Positions 16,831 to 25,050 of a DNA stretch of 41,728 nt are shown piece by piece (positions within the stretch are counted from its first letter, which is position 1; every line of letters begins with the position of its first letter). The stretch covers positions 1 through 41,728 of IMG/VR virus record IMGVR_UViG_3300015050_001115. The stretch is one strand, 5' to 3'. The position numbers and the translations under genes were made by a program. The DNA comes from a virus (lineage: Duplodnaviria > Caudoviricetes). The notes below the pieces were generated by a model. That model did no database searches. It was not told the origin of the DNA and saw nothing but the letters and a program-made list of their open reading frames with translations.

Positions 16831-17098
16831 TCGCCGCCCTCCCCTGAATAGCCGTGATCCCGTCGATGCAGGCCATCGCCAGGCGGTGCTGGTGCTCGGC
16901 CTTCTCCAGGAGCTTGGCGACCCGGGCGTCACGGAAAGCCCGCACGACGACCACCTTCGGCGGAGGGGCTGCGCCGCCCGGCTCCGGGTAGCTGACGGCC
17001 TCGCTGATGAAGTTGAGGCGCACGGCCTCTTTCAGCATGGCGCGGCCGTCGGCCAGGTAGCCCAGCGCCATCTGCAGGAGCAGTTCTTCGGAGGTCAT
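16808..17098 (-). CDS. Hypothetical protein
   Basis: GGAGG RBS before MTSEELLL; ATGA overlap with the upstream gene. Confidence 0.6.
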   Translation of the reverse strand: MTSEELLLQMALGYLADGRAMLKEAVRLNFISEAVSYPEPGGAAPPPKVVVVRAFRDARVAKLLEKAEHQHRLAMACIDGITAIQGRAASGQAQEA

Positions 17099-17475
17099 GA
17101 CGCACCTCCCGTCTTGGGGCCGACCATGTAATCGGGCGGCCTGGGAATGACAGCGTCCAGCGGCCGCCAGATGTGCAGCCAGTGCGGATGGAAACTGATG
17201 TGATCCGACGGCGGGACATGCAGTTGCATCGCCACCTCGTCGTCGCGGAAGAACAGGCGCTTGACCTGCTCCATCTCTGGCCAGTTGGGACAGCGGTTCG
17301 CCCGGCTGACGCTGACATGGTCCCAGCCGTCGCCGACGCCAGCGATGATGCGAAGGTCGCCACCGTCGATCTGCGACTTGACCCGGAAGGCCCCGCCGAA
17401 GTCGTCGCCGGGGCATCCGAGCTGCGCCTCCCAAGCGCTGTCGCGGAAGACATTCAAAAGGGTTAGAAGCCGCAT
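17095..17475 (-). CDS. Conserved phage protein (WxHVSVS..RCPxWxEM..LHxWRP family)
   Basis: WDHVSVSRANRCPNWPEMEQVKRLFF...HPHWLHIWRP, a recurrent phage family of unknown function. Confidence 0.75.
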   Translation of the reverse strand: MRLLTLLNVFRDSAWEAQLGCPGDDFGGAFRVKSQIDGGDLRIIAGVGDGWDHVSVSRANRCPNWPEMEQVKRLFFRDDEVAMQLHVPPSDHISFHPHWLHIWRPLDAVIPRPPDYMVGPKTGGAS

Positions 17476-17720
17476 CAGAGCAACCCTCCCGACCGCCCGA
17501 AGGCGCGCAGTTCTTCGTCGATCTCCGCCATGCGCATCATGTCCTGTTCGGTAGGCTCTTCGGGCCCTTCCTCGAGCAGCGGCCCCATGAACGCGTTCAG
17601 CAGCGCCAGAGCGCCAGAGAAGAAGGCGCGCTTGGTCTCCAGCACCTGGGTGAAGTCGGCGTCTGGCGGCACCACTTCTTCGCGGTAGGACAGCCAAAGT
17701 TTGTCGATATGGCCCGTCAT
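17475..17720 (-). CDS. Hypothetical phage protein
   Basis: W.SY...VVP.DA...Q..ETKRAFFSGA motif common in phage early regions; coupled start and stop. Confidence 0.7.
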   Translation of the reverse strand: MTGHIDKLWLSYREEVVPPDADFTQVLETKRAFFSGALALLNAFMGPLLEEGPEEPTEQDMMRMAEIDEELRAFGRSGGLL

Positions 17721-19411
17721 CACGCCCTCCCTTCTCGGATGTCGTTCATGCGGGCCTTGATGGAGTTGGTGAAGCCGTTCCGCTGCGCCTCGTTCAGGCC
17801 CTGATAGAGCGGAGTCGGGACCAGGGAATTGAAGTTGCCCTGGATGGCGTCGGCGTCTTCGGTGATCTCGACCCAGCAGCGGAACGCGGTCAGATCGTCC
17901 AGAACGTCGATCCAAGGCTTGCCCTTGGCCTTGAGCTCTTCGCCTCGCAGGGCCAGCGACATGCGCGCCTGGCGCACTCGGTGGCCGTCCACGCCCTTCA
18001 TGGCTTCTGCCCAGGCGTCGGTCTTGCTGAGCGCGTTCAGGGCGGCCTTGCCTTCCGCCCAGGTCTCCACCTTGGAAAGCCCCATGGTGTAGGCGTCAAA
18101 GGCGTCGAACGGCGGGTCGCCTGGGTCGGCGGGCCCATCGGAGTTCTCAACTTCGGCAGGCTTCGTCAATTCCGCTGCCGTTTGGCCGCCCGGCCCCTCA
18201 GGCTTGTGGTCCTCATAGACCCTGTGCGCGGCGCGCCTGGTGGCCGACGAGAAGGGCTTGCCGTTCTTGTATGTCTCGCGCCGGCCCGCGCTGCCCCAGG
18301 CGTCGCCGGTGAGGTGATAGACCTCGTCCTCATCCGGGTAGCCCTCGGCGATGACCTCCGGCTCTTCCTCGGGGTCCAGCGCTTCGTCAGATTGGGACGC
18401 AGGCGCGGCAGACGAAGGTTCCGAGGGGAGCGACTCGGAGGGCGTAGAAACCGGATCCGCAGGGACATCTTGCGCCGGCTGCTCCTGTTCGGTTTCGGCC
18501 TCCTGTTCGGACTCCCCCGCGATCACAACGCCTTCGCCGCCATCGGCCAAGTCGGCGCCGTCGTCTTTCACTACGCCGTCGGCGTCGTGCTTCATCTCCT
18601 GATCAACAGTCTCGACCACTTCATCGACGGCTACCTGGGCGGCCAGCGCGGTCTCGGCCGGCTTGGTGAAGCCCGTCGAGATCCTGGGCTGCTCGACGGG
18701 CTGCAGGGTTTCGGTGGGCCTGCGGTCGTCGCGCGCCGCGTCGATCTCGTCGTCCGTCATGATGCCCAGCAGAAGGCCGGGGCTATGGGCGCGGGCCCAC
18801 TCGCGGGCTCCCATGTAACGCAGCTGGCGCGGCCAGGCCGTTGGTGCGCTCCAGGGACTCAGAGAGCCCTTGTGCCACATGCCGACGCTGCCGACGATCT
18901 CGCGGTCGAAGTCCTCGTCTGGGAAGCGGCCAGTGACCAGCACGCCCAGGCCCTGATCGTCGGCGCCCGGCATCGTGTCGAGGTCGATTGAGCGCGTGGC
19001 CGAGACGTAGGCGCCGAACTGGTATCGCAGCTTGATGCCAAGGCGGGTCTCGATCAGACCATGGACGAGCTTGCCCTCGAACATCAGCTTGCCATGGACC
19101 AGAGAGCAGCACTGCGCCACCGCGTTGGGGTCCGCCTTCCAAAGGTCGGCCTGGTTGGCGATCAGGAAGGCGCGGGCCTGGACGGTTTCGAAGTCGAGCG
19201 GAATGAACACCGCGTTTTTGCCCTCGCCTTCCTTGTAGTGCGTCAGGGACATCGGCATCAGGCCGGCGCGGGCCATGACGGTGGCGACGCGGCCCAGGTG
19301 CTCAAATCGCGCGGTGTCCATGATCGGCGAGACGGATTCGACGACGCGGATTTCGCGGGCGGGGCGCTCGGGACGTGAGACGACGGCGGTGGATTCGGTG
19401 GTATCGGTCAT
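17720..19411 (-). CDS. recT: RecT-like single-strand annealing protein with long acidic C-terminal extension
   Basis: IANQA..WKADPNAVAQ...VHGKLMFEGKLV...RQLRYMGAREWAR..SPGLLLGIMTDDEI; next to the RecE-like gene. Confidence 0.78.
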   Translation of the reverse strand: MTDTTESTAVVSRPERPAREIRVVESVSPIMDTARFEHLGRVATVMARAGLMPMSLTHYKEGEGKNAVFIPLDFETVQARAFLIANQADLWKADPNAVAQCCSLVHGKLMFEGKLVHGLIETRLGIKLRYQFGAYVSATRSIDLDTMPGADDQGLGVLVTGRFPDEDFDREIVGSVGMWHKGSLSPWSAPTAWPRQLRYMGAREWARAHSPGLLLGIMTDDEIDAARDDRRPTETLQPVEQPRISTGFTKPAETALAAQVAVDEVVETVDQEMKHDADGVVKDDGADLADGGEGVVIAGESEQEAETEQEQPAQDVPADPVSTPSESLPSEPSSAAPASQSDEALDPEEEPEVIAEGYPDEDEVYHLTGDAWGSAGRRETYKNGKPFSSATRRAAHRVYEDHKPEGPGGQTAAELTKPAEVENSDGPADPGDPPFDAFDAYTMGLSKVETWAEGKAALNALSKTDAWAEAMKGVDGHRVRQARMSLALRGEELKAKGKPWIDVLDDLTAFRCWVEITEDADAIQGNFNSLVPTPLYQGLNEAQRNGFTNSIKARMNDIREGRA

Positions 19412-19432
19412 GATCATCCTGCAGGGTGAGAA

Positions 19433-20698
19433 CTAGGAAAGCTGGGGGGCCGGGTCGCGCCAGTTCATGGCGGCTTCCGAGCCGGGAACATGGATAGGCC
19501 GTTCGATCCACGAAGGGGACTCGATCCGCTGCTTGGCGGCTCCCCCGTCATAGAAGTGGCTGGTCTCGACCTTGGTCCAGGGCTTGGTCAGCCCCTTGGC
19601 CGCGACGGTCTCTCGATAGAAGCGCAGGGCGGTCAGGGCCTTGTCCCAGCCGTCCTTGTGCTCAGTGCTCCCGAAGCGCATCCAGACGGGGAAGACGACG
19701 GGCGCGTGGCCCTCGGCGTCGGGCTTCTGATAGAACATCCAGAGCCAGCGCCAGTTGGGCTGGCCATCCTTATCAATCGGCGCGCCTTCGGGGTAGCACA
19801 TAATCTCCGTTCTTTGGCGTTTTGTCCCACCATGGAGCGCACCACCCTGTTTTAGGTACGAATAGAGAACCCTTCGCGCCTCAAATGACATTGCGGCCTG
19901 AACATCCAAGGCGCTCTGGCCGATGCGCTTACCCACGCCGACGCCCAGATCGCGGTCGCGCACATTGCCGATGGTCTTGAGGTCGACGTTGATATTGGGC
20001 AGCAGGCGGTCGACCCTGAAGCGCAGGCGCGTGCCGTCGGACAGCGTCCAGAAGACCGACACTTCGGCCAGGGGCACGCAGTCTTCGGTCGACAGCACCA
20101 CGCCGATCTGGTCGTCGTTCAACACCGCCTCGCGCATGACGTCCAACACCCACTTGTCCTCGGCGGAGATCTTGTCCTTGTCGCGCACCGTGCGCTCGAA
20201 GCGCTCGAGGATCAGCGGCCAGATGTGGCGCTCCGGCAGGTAGACGCCGCCCAGGTCGAAGAGGTCCTTGTTGCGCAGGGTCGGCCGAAGGCCCGGCGCG
20301 CCGATGGCGTCCAGCGCCGAATAGACCTCGTCCCGGGTGGTGAGCAGCTCAGGGAAGGCCAGTGGGTCGGGCTCGACCGCCCAGCGCTCGTTGAAGGCCG
20401 GCAGGCCCTCGAGCAGCATGGTATGGGCCGCTGACCCGAACAGCTTCGCCTTGCTGCTGTCGTCGCGCTTGCGGCGCGGGTTGTGGCGACTCTTCCACCA
20501 CCAGCCCTCACGATAGAGCCAGAGGTCGGCCAGATCGGTGGACCCAAGCGCGTCCTGCCCGAAGTAGAGCTCCTCGGGGAGGTTCAGATAGACCCCGTCG
20601 GCCAGCACCGGCATGAACTCGTCGTCCCCGGGCTGGTCCAGGCGCAGGCCCAGCTGGTCGCGGAGATAGTCCATCGACCGCTTTTGCAGGCGGATCAT
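19433..20698 (-). CDS. RecE/exonuclease VIII-like PD-(D/E)XK nuclease (DUF3799-like)
   Basis: GVYLNLPEELYF..ALGST; FGSAAHTMLLEG; EVSVFW..RFRVDRL...VDLKT. Confidence 0.8.
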   Translation of the reverse strand: MIRLQKRSMDYLRDQLGLRLDQPGDDEFMPVLADGVYLNLPEELYFGQDALGSTDLADLWLYREGWWWKSRHNPRRKRDDSSKAKLFGSAAHTMLLEGLPAFNERWAVEPDPLAFPELLTTRDEVYSALDAIGAPGLRPTLRNKDLFDLGGVYLPERHIWPLILERFERTVRDKDKISAEDKWVLDVMREAVLNDDQIGVVLSTEDCVPLAEVSVFWTLSDGTRLRFRVDRLLPNINVDLKTIGNVRDRDLGVGVGKRIGQSALDVQAAMSFEARRVLYSYLKQGGALHGGTKRQRTEIMCYPEGAPIDKDGQPNWRWLWMFYQKPDAEGHAPVVFPVWMRFGSTEHKDGWDKALTALRFYRETVAAKGLTKPWTKVETSHFYDGGAAKQRIESPSWIERPIHVPGSEAAMNWRDPAPQLS

Positions 20699-20943
20699 CC
20701 GAAGAACAGCCGATAGAGCTTCCAGCCACCGAAGAGGCCCAGGGCCCAGAGGATGGCGGCTATCGGCGCTAGGCGCCTGATGATGGTCCAGGTCAGACCG
20801 CCATCCGCCGGCGCGACCCCGCTGCCCAAGCAGACGGGACACCATCCGGTACGGGCGTCGCCCAGGTCAAGACCCAGGTTCCCGGCCTGCATCTCGTCGA
20901 TGAGGCCTTCCCCACCGCAGGCGGGGCACAATTGCTCTGTCAT
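20695..20943 (-). CDS. Small zinc-finger membrane protein
   Basis: CPACGGEG...CPVCLGSG (DnaJ-type CxxCxGxG pair) plus a C-terminal TM helix; first gene of the leftward operon. Confidence 0.65.
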   Translation of the reverse strand: MTEQLCPACGGEGLIDEMQAGNLGLDLGDARTGWCPVCLGSGVAPADGGLTWTIIRRLAPIAAILWALGLFGGWKLYRLFFG

Positions 20944-20995
20944 GGTGCAAATCCCTGTTGAGCGCTTCGGACCTGCGAGCCGTCGGCGCCCGATC

Positions 20996-21024
20996 ACAAT
21001 CCGCGTTTCGGAGGGGGGAGTCAA
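20996..21024 (-). promoter_or_regulatory. Leftward early promoter (pL-like)
   Basis: Minus strand TTGACT-N17-GATTGT. Confidence 0.6.
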
Positions 21025-21029
21025 TATTG

Positions 21030-21058
21030 TTGCGCGCCGCGCCGTCACGGGCGATAGT
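21030..21058 (+). promoter_or_regulatory. Rightward early promoter (pR-like)
   Basis: TTGCGC-N17-GATAGT, 9 nt before the Cro-like ATG; palindrome CAATATTG (21022-21029) lies between the two -35 boxes. Confidence 0.55.
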
Positions 21059-21067
21059 CGAGACGCG

Positions 21068-21307
21068 ATGCAGGACAAACTCCCCAACACGTTCCAAGGC
21101 CTGATCGGCCTGTGGCCTTCCACGCGGGCTTTCGGGCGCGAGCTGGTCGGGGATCCCGAGAGGGGCCGCATCTTCCATCGCCGAAACCGCGTTCCGAAGC
21201 GCTATTGGTCCACCATGGAGCAAATCGCCTCGAAACGCGGTCTCGTTGGTGTTGATTTCGAATATCTCGCTCGGCTCTACAAGGCCGGCAAGAACCACGG
21301 CCGATAG
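21068..21307 (+). CDS. Cro-like HTH regulator
   Basis: 79 aa; TF..LIGLWPS.RAF..EL......RRNRVP.RYW..M..IA..RG..GV..EYLA, alphaproteobacterial Cro-like pattern; first rightward gene. Confidence 0.7.
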   Translation: MQDKLPNTFQGLIGLWPSTRAFGRELVGDPERGRIFHRRNRVPKRYWSTMEQIASKRGLVGVDFEYLARLYKAGKNHGR

Positions 21308-21350
21308 GCGCGCGGCCCTCTTCGCGCCCAATCCCCAGGAGATCGCCACC

Positions 21351-22442
21351 ATGGCGAAACGTATCGGATCAGACGACGCGCCGAAGGTGGGCGCCAAGGG
21401 TGCAGGCGCTCCGGCGCCGGCCACCAACCAAGTCGTCACGCAGGAAAGCTACCTGGCCGCCGTGAAGGCCATCACGCAGGCCCGCAGCAAGTGCGCGGCA
21501 GCGAACGACGAGCTGAAGACCATCCGCAAGACCTGGAAGGCGTCGGGCATCGAACTTGGCGTTCTCGACTCGATGGTGAAGATGGCCGAATGGAGCCGCG
21601 GCGAGATCCGCGACCACTTCGACACCGCAGCGCGCTATGCCGCTTGGCTGGGCCTGCCGGTCGCGCCCGGCGCCATCAAGCAGTCGGCGATCAGCACTGA
21701 AGACGACGACGCCATCCAGCGCCGGGAATGGTTCGCCCTGGGCCGCACCTATTCGCGCACCGGCAAGCCCGGCCGGCCGCCCGAAGAATGCCCCGACGAA
21801 TTCCACCAGGCCTTCATGTCGGGCTTCAACGAGGAAGATGAGGCGGCTTGGGCAGACGCCGAGGGCGCGCAGCAGCAAGAAGCTCCGGTGGTGGTGCAGA
21901 ACCCTGTCGAGCCCACGCTCGCCGAAGCTGCCGTGGAAGCCATGGTCGGCAACGCCGAAGCCTCCGCCAGCGCCGCCGACGTAGCGCCGTCCGCTGAACC
22001 TGTCGCCGAGTACGCCCAGCCGTCTTGGAAGGGCTACAGCGACGACCCGGAAGACTGGTTTGCCGCTCAATGGCGCGACTTCGACGCCTGGTATGAGGCG
22101 ATCCCCGAAGGCGCCAACGTCCGCATGACGCACAAGGGCGTCCTGGCGGCGTTCCGCGCCAAGGCGAAGGCCGAAGCCGAAGCCATCGCGGCTGAGGACG
22201 GTGATGACGCCGCCCTGGGCGAGCCTGAGCAGGCCCAGCACGAGCCCGACGCCTACGGCCTGGGCTTCGCCGCCTGCAAGGCCAACGAGCCCCGCACGGC
22301 GATTCCTGATGACCTGGACGAGGCCGGCGTGGCCAAGTGGCTGGTCGGCTGGGACGCCCGCGCTGCTCAGGAGGTCGACAAGACCCCCGCGCCGCCTCCG
22401 CCCGCCAAGGCCAAGGCTCGCCCGTCGAAGGCCGTTCACTGA
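21351..22442 (+). CDS. Multidomain protein: GapR/DUF2312-like N-terminus plus two RMF-like motifs
   Basis: AGGAG RBS; ELKTIRKTWKASGIELGVLDSMVKM...YAAWLGL; WFALGRT..RTGK..PPEECP...AFMSGF; AYGLGFAAC...KWLVGWD. Confidence 0.55.
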   Translation: MAKRIGSDDAPKVGAKGAGAPAPATNQVVTQESYLAAVKAITQARSKCAAANDELKTIRKTWKASGIELGVLDSMVKMAEWSRGEIRDHFDTAARYAAWLGLPVAPGAIKQSAISTEDDDAIQRREWFALGRTYSRTGKPGRPPEECPDEFHQAFMSGFNEEDEAAWADAEGAQQQEAPVVVQNPVEPTLAEAAVEAMVGNAEASASAADVAPSAEPVAEYAQPSWKGYSDDPEDWFAAQWRDFDAWYEAIPEGANVRMTHKGVLAAFRAKAKAEAEAIAAEDGDDAALGEPEQAQHEPDAYGLGFAACKANEPRTAIPDDLDEAGVAKWLVGWDARAAQEVDKTPAPPPPAKAKARPSKAVH

Positions 22443-22941
22443 TGAACCTCACGGCCTTCAGTCGTCGGTTCTGGGCCAAGGTCGATATTCGCGGCCCCGA
22501 CGACTGTTGGCCGTGGAAGGGCGCTAAGACGCGCGGCGGCTACGGCAATTTTGGCCTTGGTCGTCACGCTGGAAAGAAGCGACATGGGCGCGCTCACCGC
22601 GTCGCCTTTGCGCTGACGAATGGCGGCTTAACCGAAGGCCTCTTCGTCTGCCATTCGTGCGACAATCCACCTTGCTGCAACCCGCTCACCTGTCGGAAAA
22701 GACCCCCCTTGGGAATATTCTCGACATGGATGCCAAGGGGCGCCGGGTGCGCGGGACCGCCCGGGGAATGAAAAGCCCGAATGCTAAGGTCACAGATGTA
22801 CAGGTTCGTGAAATCGCAAGACTGAAGCAGGAGGGCTTAACCGCAAAAATAATTGCCAAGAAATTTGGGATAGGAAAATCCCAAGTCTACCGTATCCACC
22901 GTCGACAAAGCAGGGTCGAAGCACATGTTATTCTCACTTGA
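22442..22941 (+). pseudogene. HNH homing-type endonuclease with C-terminal HTH, split by a 1-nt frameshift
   Basis: RFWAKVD...DDCWPWKG..GYG..AHRVA...VCHSCDNPPCCNP in one frame continues as AHL..T..NILDMDAKGR..NAKVTD.QVREI in another; break near 22680-22684. Confidence 0.85.
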
Positions 22942-23476
22942 TTTAGCCACCTCTACAGGGTGGTGCGCGGGATCCGGCGGGGAGACACCCGATCTCGGCT
23001 CCATCCGCATGCCCGACACGAAAGAAGAGGTCGGGCCCTTCCTCGACTTCTTCTACAAATGGTTCGCGACCAAGCTGGACGAATACCAGCCCAAGGTCGT
23101 CACCTTCGAGGCGCCGTTCCTTCCCAAGGCCAGGATCGACGAGCACGGGCACCTGAAGCAGGCGCCGACGTCCATGGCCGTCACGCGCAAGCTGCAGGGC
23201 CTGGCCGGCGTCTGTGAGATGGTCTGTTTCCAGAAGGGAATCGACGTCTATGAAGTGAACCTGGGCAGCGTGAAGTCGGCCATGGGCGGCCAGCGCGGCG
23301 CCGGCAAGCCTGACATCATGGCCGCGGCGAAACGCTGCGGCATGGATCCGAAGAACTTCGACGAGGCGGACGCCTTCGGGGTCTGGATCGTCACGGTGCG
23401 CCACTACGCCAAGCAGTACCAGCACATCTGGGATCAACGGCTCTATGGCGGCCGCCCGGGGAACCTGGCGCTATGA
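22925..23476 (+). CDS. RuvC-like Holliday junction resolvase
   Basis: LDLATSTGWC; VVTFEAP; VKSAMGG...K.DI; DEADAFGV. Confidence 0.8.
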   Translation: MLFSLDLATSTGWCAGSGGETPDLGSIRMPDTKEEVGPFLDFFYKWFATKLDEYQPKVVTFEAPFLPKARIDEHGHLKQAPTSMAVTRKLQGLAGVCEMVCFQKGIDVYEVNLGSVKSAMGGQRGAGKPDIMAAAKRCGMDPKNFDEADAFGVWIVTVRHYAKQYQHIWDQRLYGGRPGNLAL

Positions 23477-24954
23477 AGGCGGTTCACATCCACCACGGCG
23501 ACAGCAGGGAGGTCCTTCGGGGCCTCCCTGACAACTCAATCGACAGCGTCGTGACCGATCCACCCTACGCGCTCGTCTCCATTGTGAAGCGGTTCGGCGG
23601 GGCCAACGCTGCCGAAGCCAAGAGCGAAGGCGCGAGCGGCGTCTACAAGCGCGCCTCCGCAGGGTTCATGGGCAAGACCTGGGACACCGGCGAAACCGCC
23701 TTTGCTCCGGAGTTCTGGGCTGAGGTCATGCGGGTCTTGAAGCCGGGCGGGCATGTCGTCGCGGCCAGCGGAACGCGGACCTATCACCGCCTTGCCTGCG
23801 CCATTGAGGACGCGGGCTTTGAAGTCCGCGACATGATCTCCTGGCTGTATGGCAGTGGCTTTCCCAAGTCGCACGACGTCAGCAAAGGGATCGACAAGGC
23901 CCGGAACGACAAGCCCGAAATCCTCGCGATCACGTCCGCCATGCGTGACGCGGCAGAAGCGGCCGGGATCTCTCGATCGATGGTCGATGCCTTCATGGGC
24001 ACGGCCGACATGGGCGGCTGGTGGCTTTCGCGCTTGCTGCACCGCTGCGCTTGCCCGACTTGGGACCAGTGGCTGAAGCTGAAAAGCTACCTGACCATGG
24101 GCGACGCTCTCGACGCCGAGGTTTGGCGTCTGAACGGCCGCAAGGGCACGCCCGGCGAGGCATGGCTCGATCGAGAAGTCACTGGCGCGGTCGAGGAATG
24201 GGCCGACAGGGCGAATTACGCGCTGACGTCAGCCGACGGGCTGCGCCGCGACAAGCCTGCGAGCGAAGCCGCCATCGCCTGGGCTGGATGGGGCACCGCC
24301 CTTAAGCCCGCCTGCGAGCCCTGGGTCCTCGCCCGCAAACCGCTGAACGGCACGGTCGCAAGCAATGTGCTGGCGCATGGCACGGGCGCGCTCAACATCG
24401 CTGCATGTAGGATTTCTACTGACGAAAGTGTCAATGCTCAGGGCCGCTGGCCCGCCAACGTCATCCATGATGGCAGCGATGAGGTGGTCGAGGCGTTTCC
24501 GGCTGAAGCTGGCGCAGCGGCGCCAGTGCGCGGAACTGAAGCCAGCCGCGCCAGCAATGGCAACGTCACCGGAGAGCGCAACCGTGTTCCCGGCACCTTC
24601 CATGCCGACAAGGGCTCGGCCGCACGGTTCTTCTACAGCGCCAAGGCCGACGCAGACGACCGCATGGGGTCAAAGCATCCGACCGTGAAGCCCATCGACC
24701 TGATGCGCTATCTGGTGCGGCTGATAACCCCGCCCGGCGGCGTCGTCCTAGACCCGTTCGCCGGAAGTGGCTCGACCGGCGTCGCCGCGATGCTGGAGGG
24801 GTTCGAGTCCATCCTGATTGAGCGGGAGGCCGAGTATGTGGCCGACATCAACCGCAAGGTCGCCTTCTACCGGGGCGAGGGCCGTCTGGCGTCGCAGGAG
24901 AAGCTGAAGGCCAAGCAGGACGACCACAGCGACCTTCCCCTGTTCGGGAAGTAA
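23473..24954 (+). CDS. DNA N6-adenine/N4-cytosine methyltransferase (beta class)
   Basis: VVTDPPY catalytic motif; GSGFPKS; HPTVKP; VLDPFAGSGSTG SAM-binding motif. Confidence 0.93.
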   Translation: MKAVHIHHGDSREVLRGLPDNSIDSVVTDPPYALVSIVKRFGGANAAEAKSEGASGVYKRASAGFMGKTWDTGETAFAPEFWAEVMRVLKPGGHVVAASGTRTYHRLACAIEDAGFEVRDMISWLYGSGFPKSHDVSKGIDKARNDKPEILAITSAMRDAAEAAGISRSMVDAFMGTADMGGWWLSRLLHRCACPTWDQWLKLKSYLTMGDALDAEVWRLNGRKGTPGEAWLDREVTGAVEEWADRANYALTSADGLRRDKPASEAAIAWAGWGTALKPACEPWVLARKPLNGTVASNVLAHGTGALNIAACRISTDESVNAQGRWPANVIHDGSDEVVEAFPAEAGAAAPVRGTEASRASNGNVTGERNRVPGTFHADKGSAARFFYSAKADADDRMGSKHPTVKPIDLMRYLVRLITPPGGVVLDPFAGSGSTGVAAMLEGFESILIEREAEYVADINRKVAFYRGEGRLASQEKLKAKQDDHSDLPLFGK

Positions 24955-25050
24955 TTCGCGATTCGTTCCCGTTGCGCTCGCGCGGGATCGGCACATGCTA
25001 GAGCGGTCGCTTCGCCACGCAGGGGGAGGCGACCGCAGACAGGGATTTAT

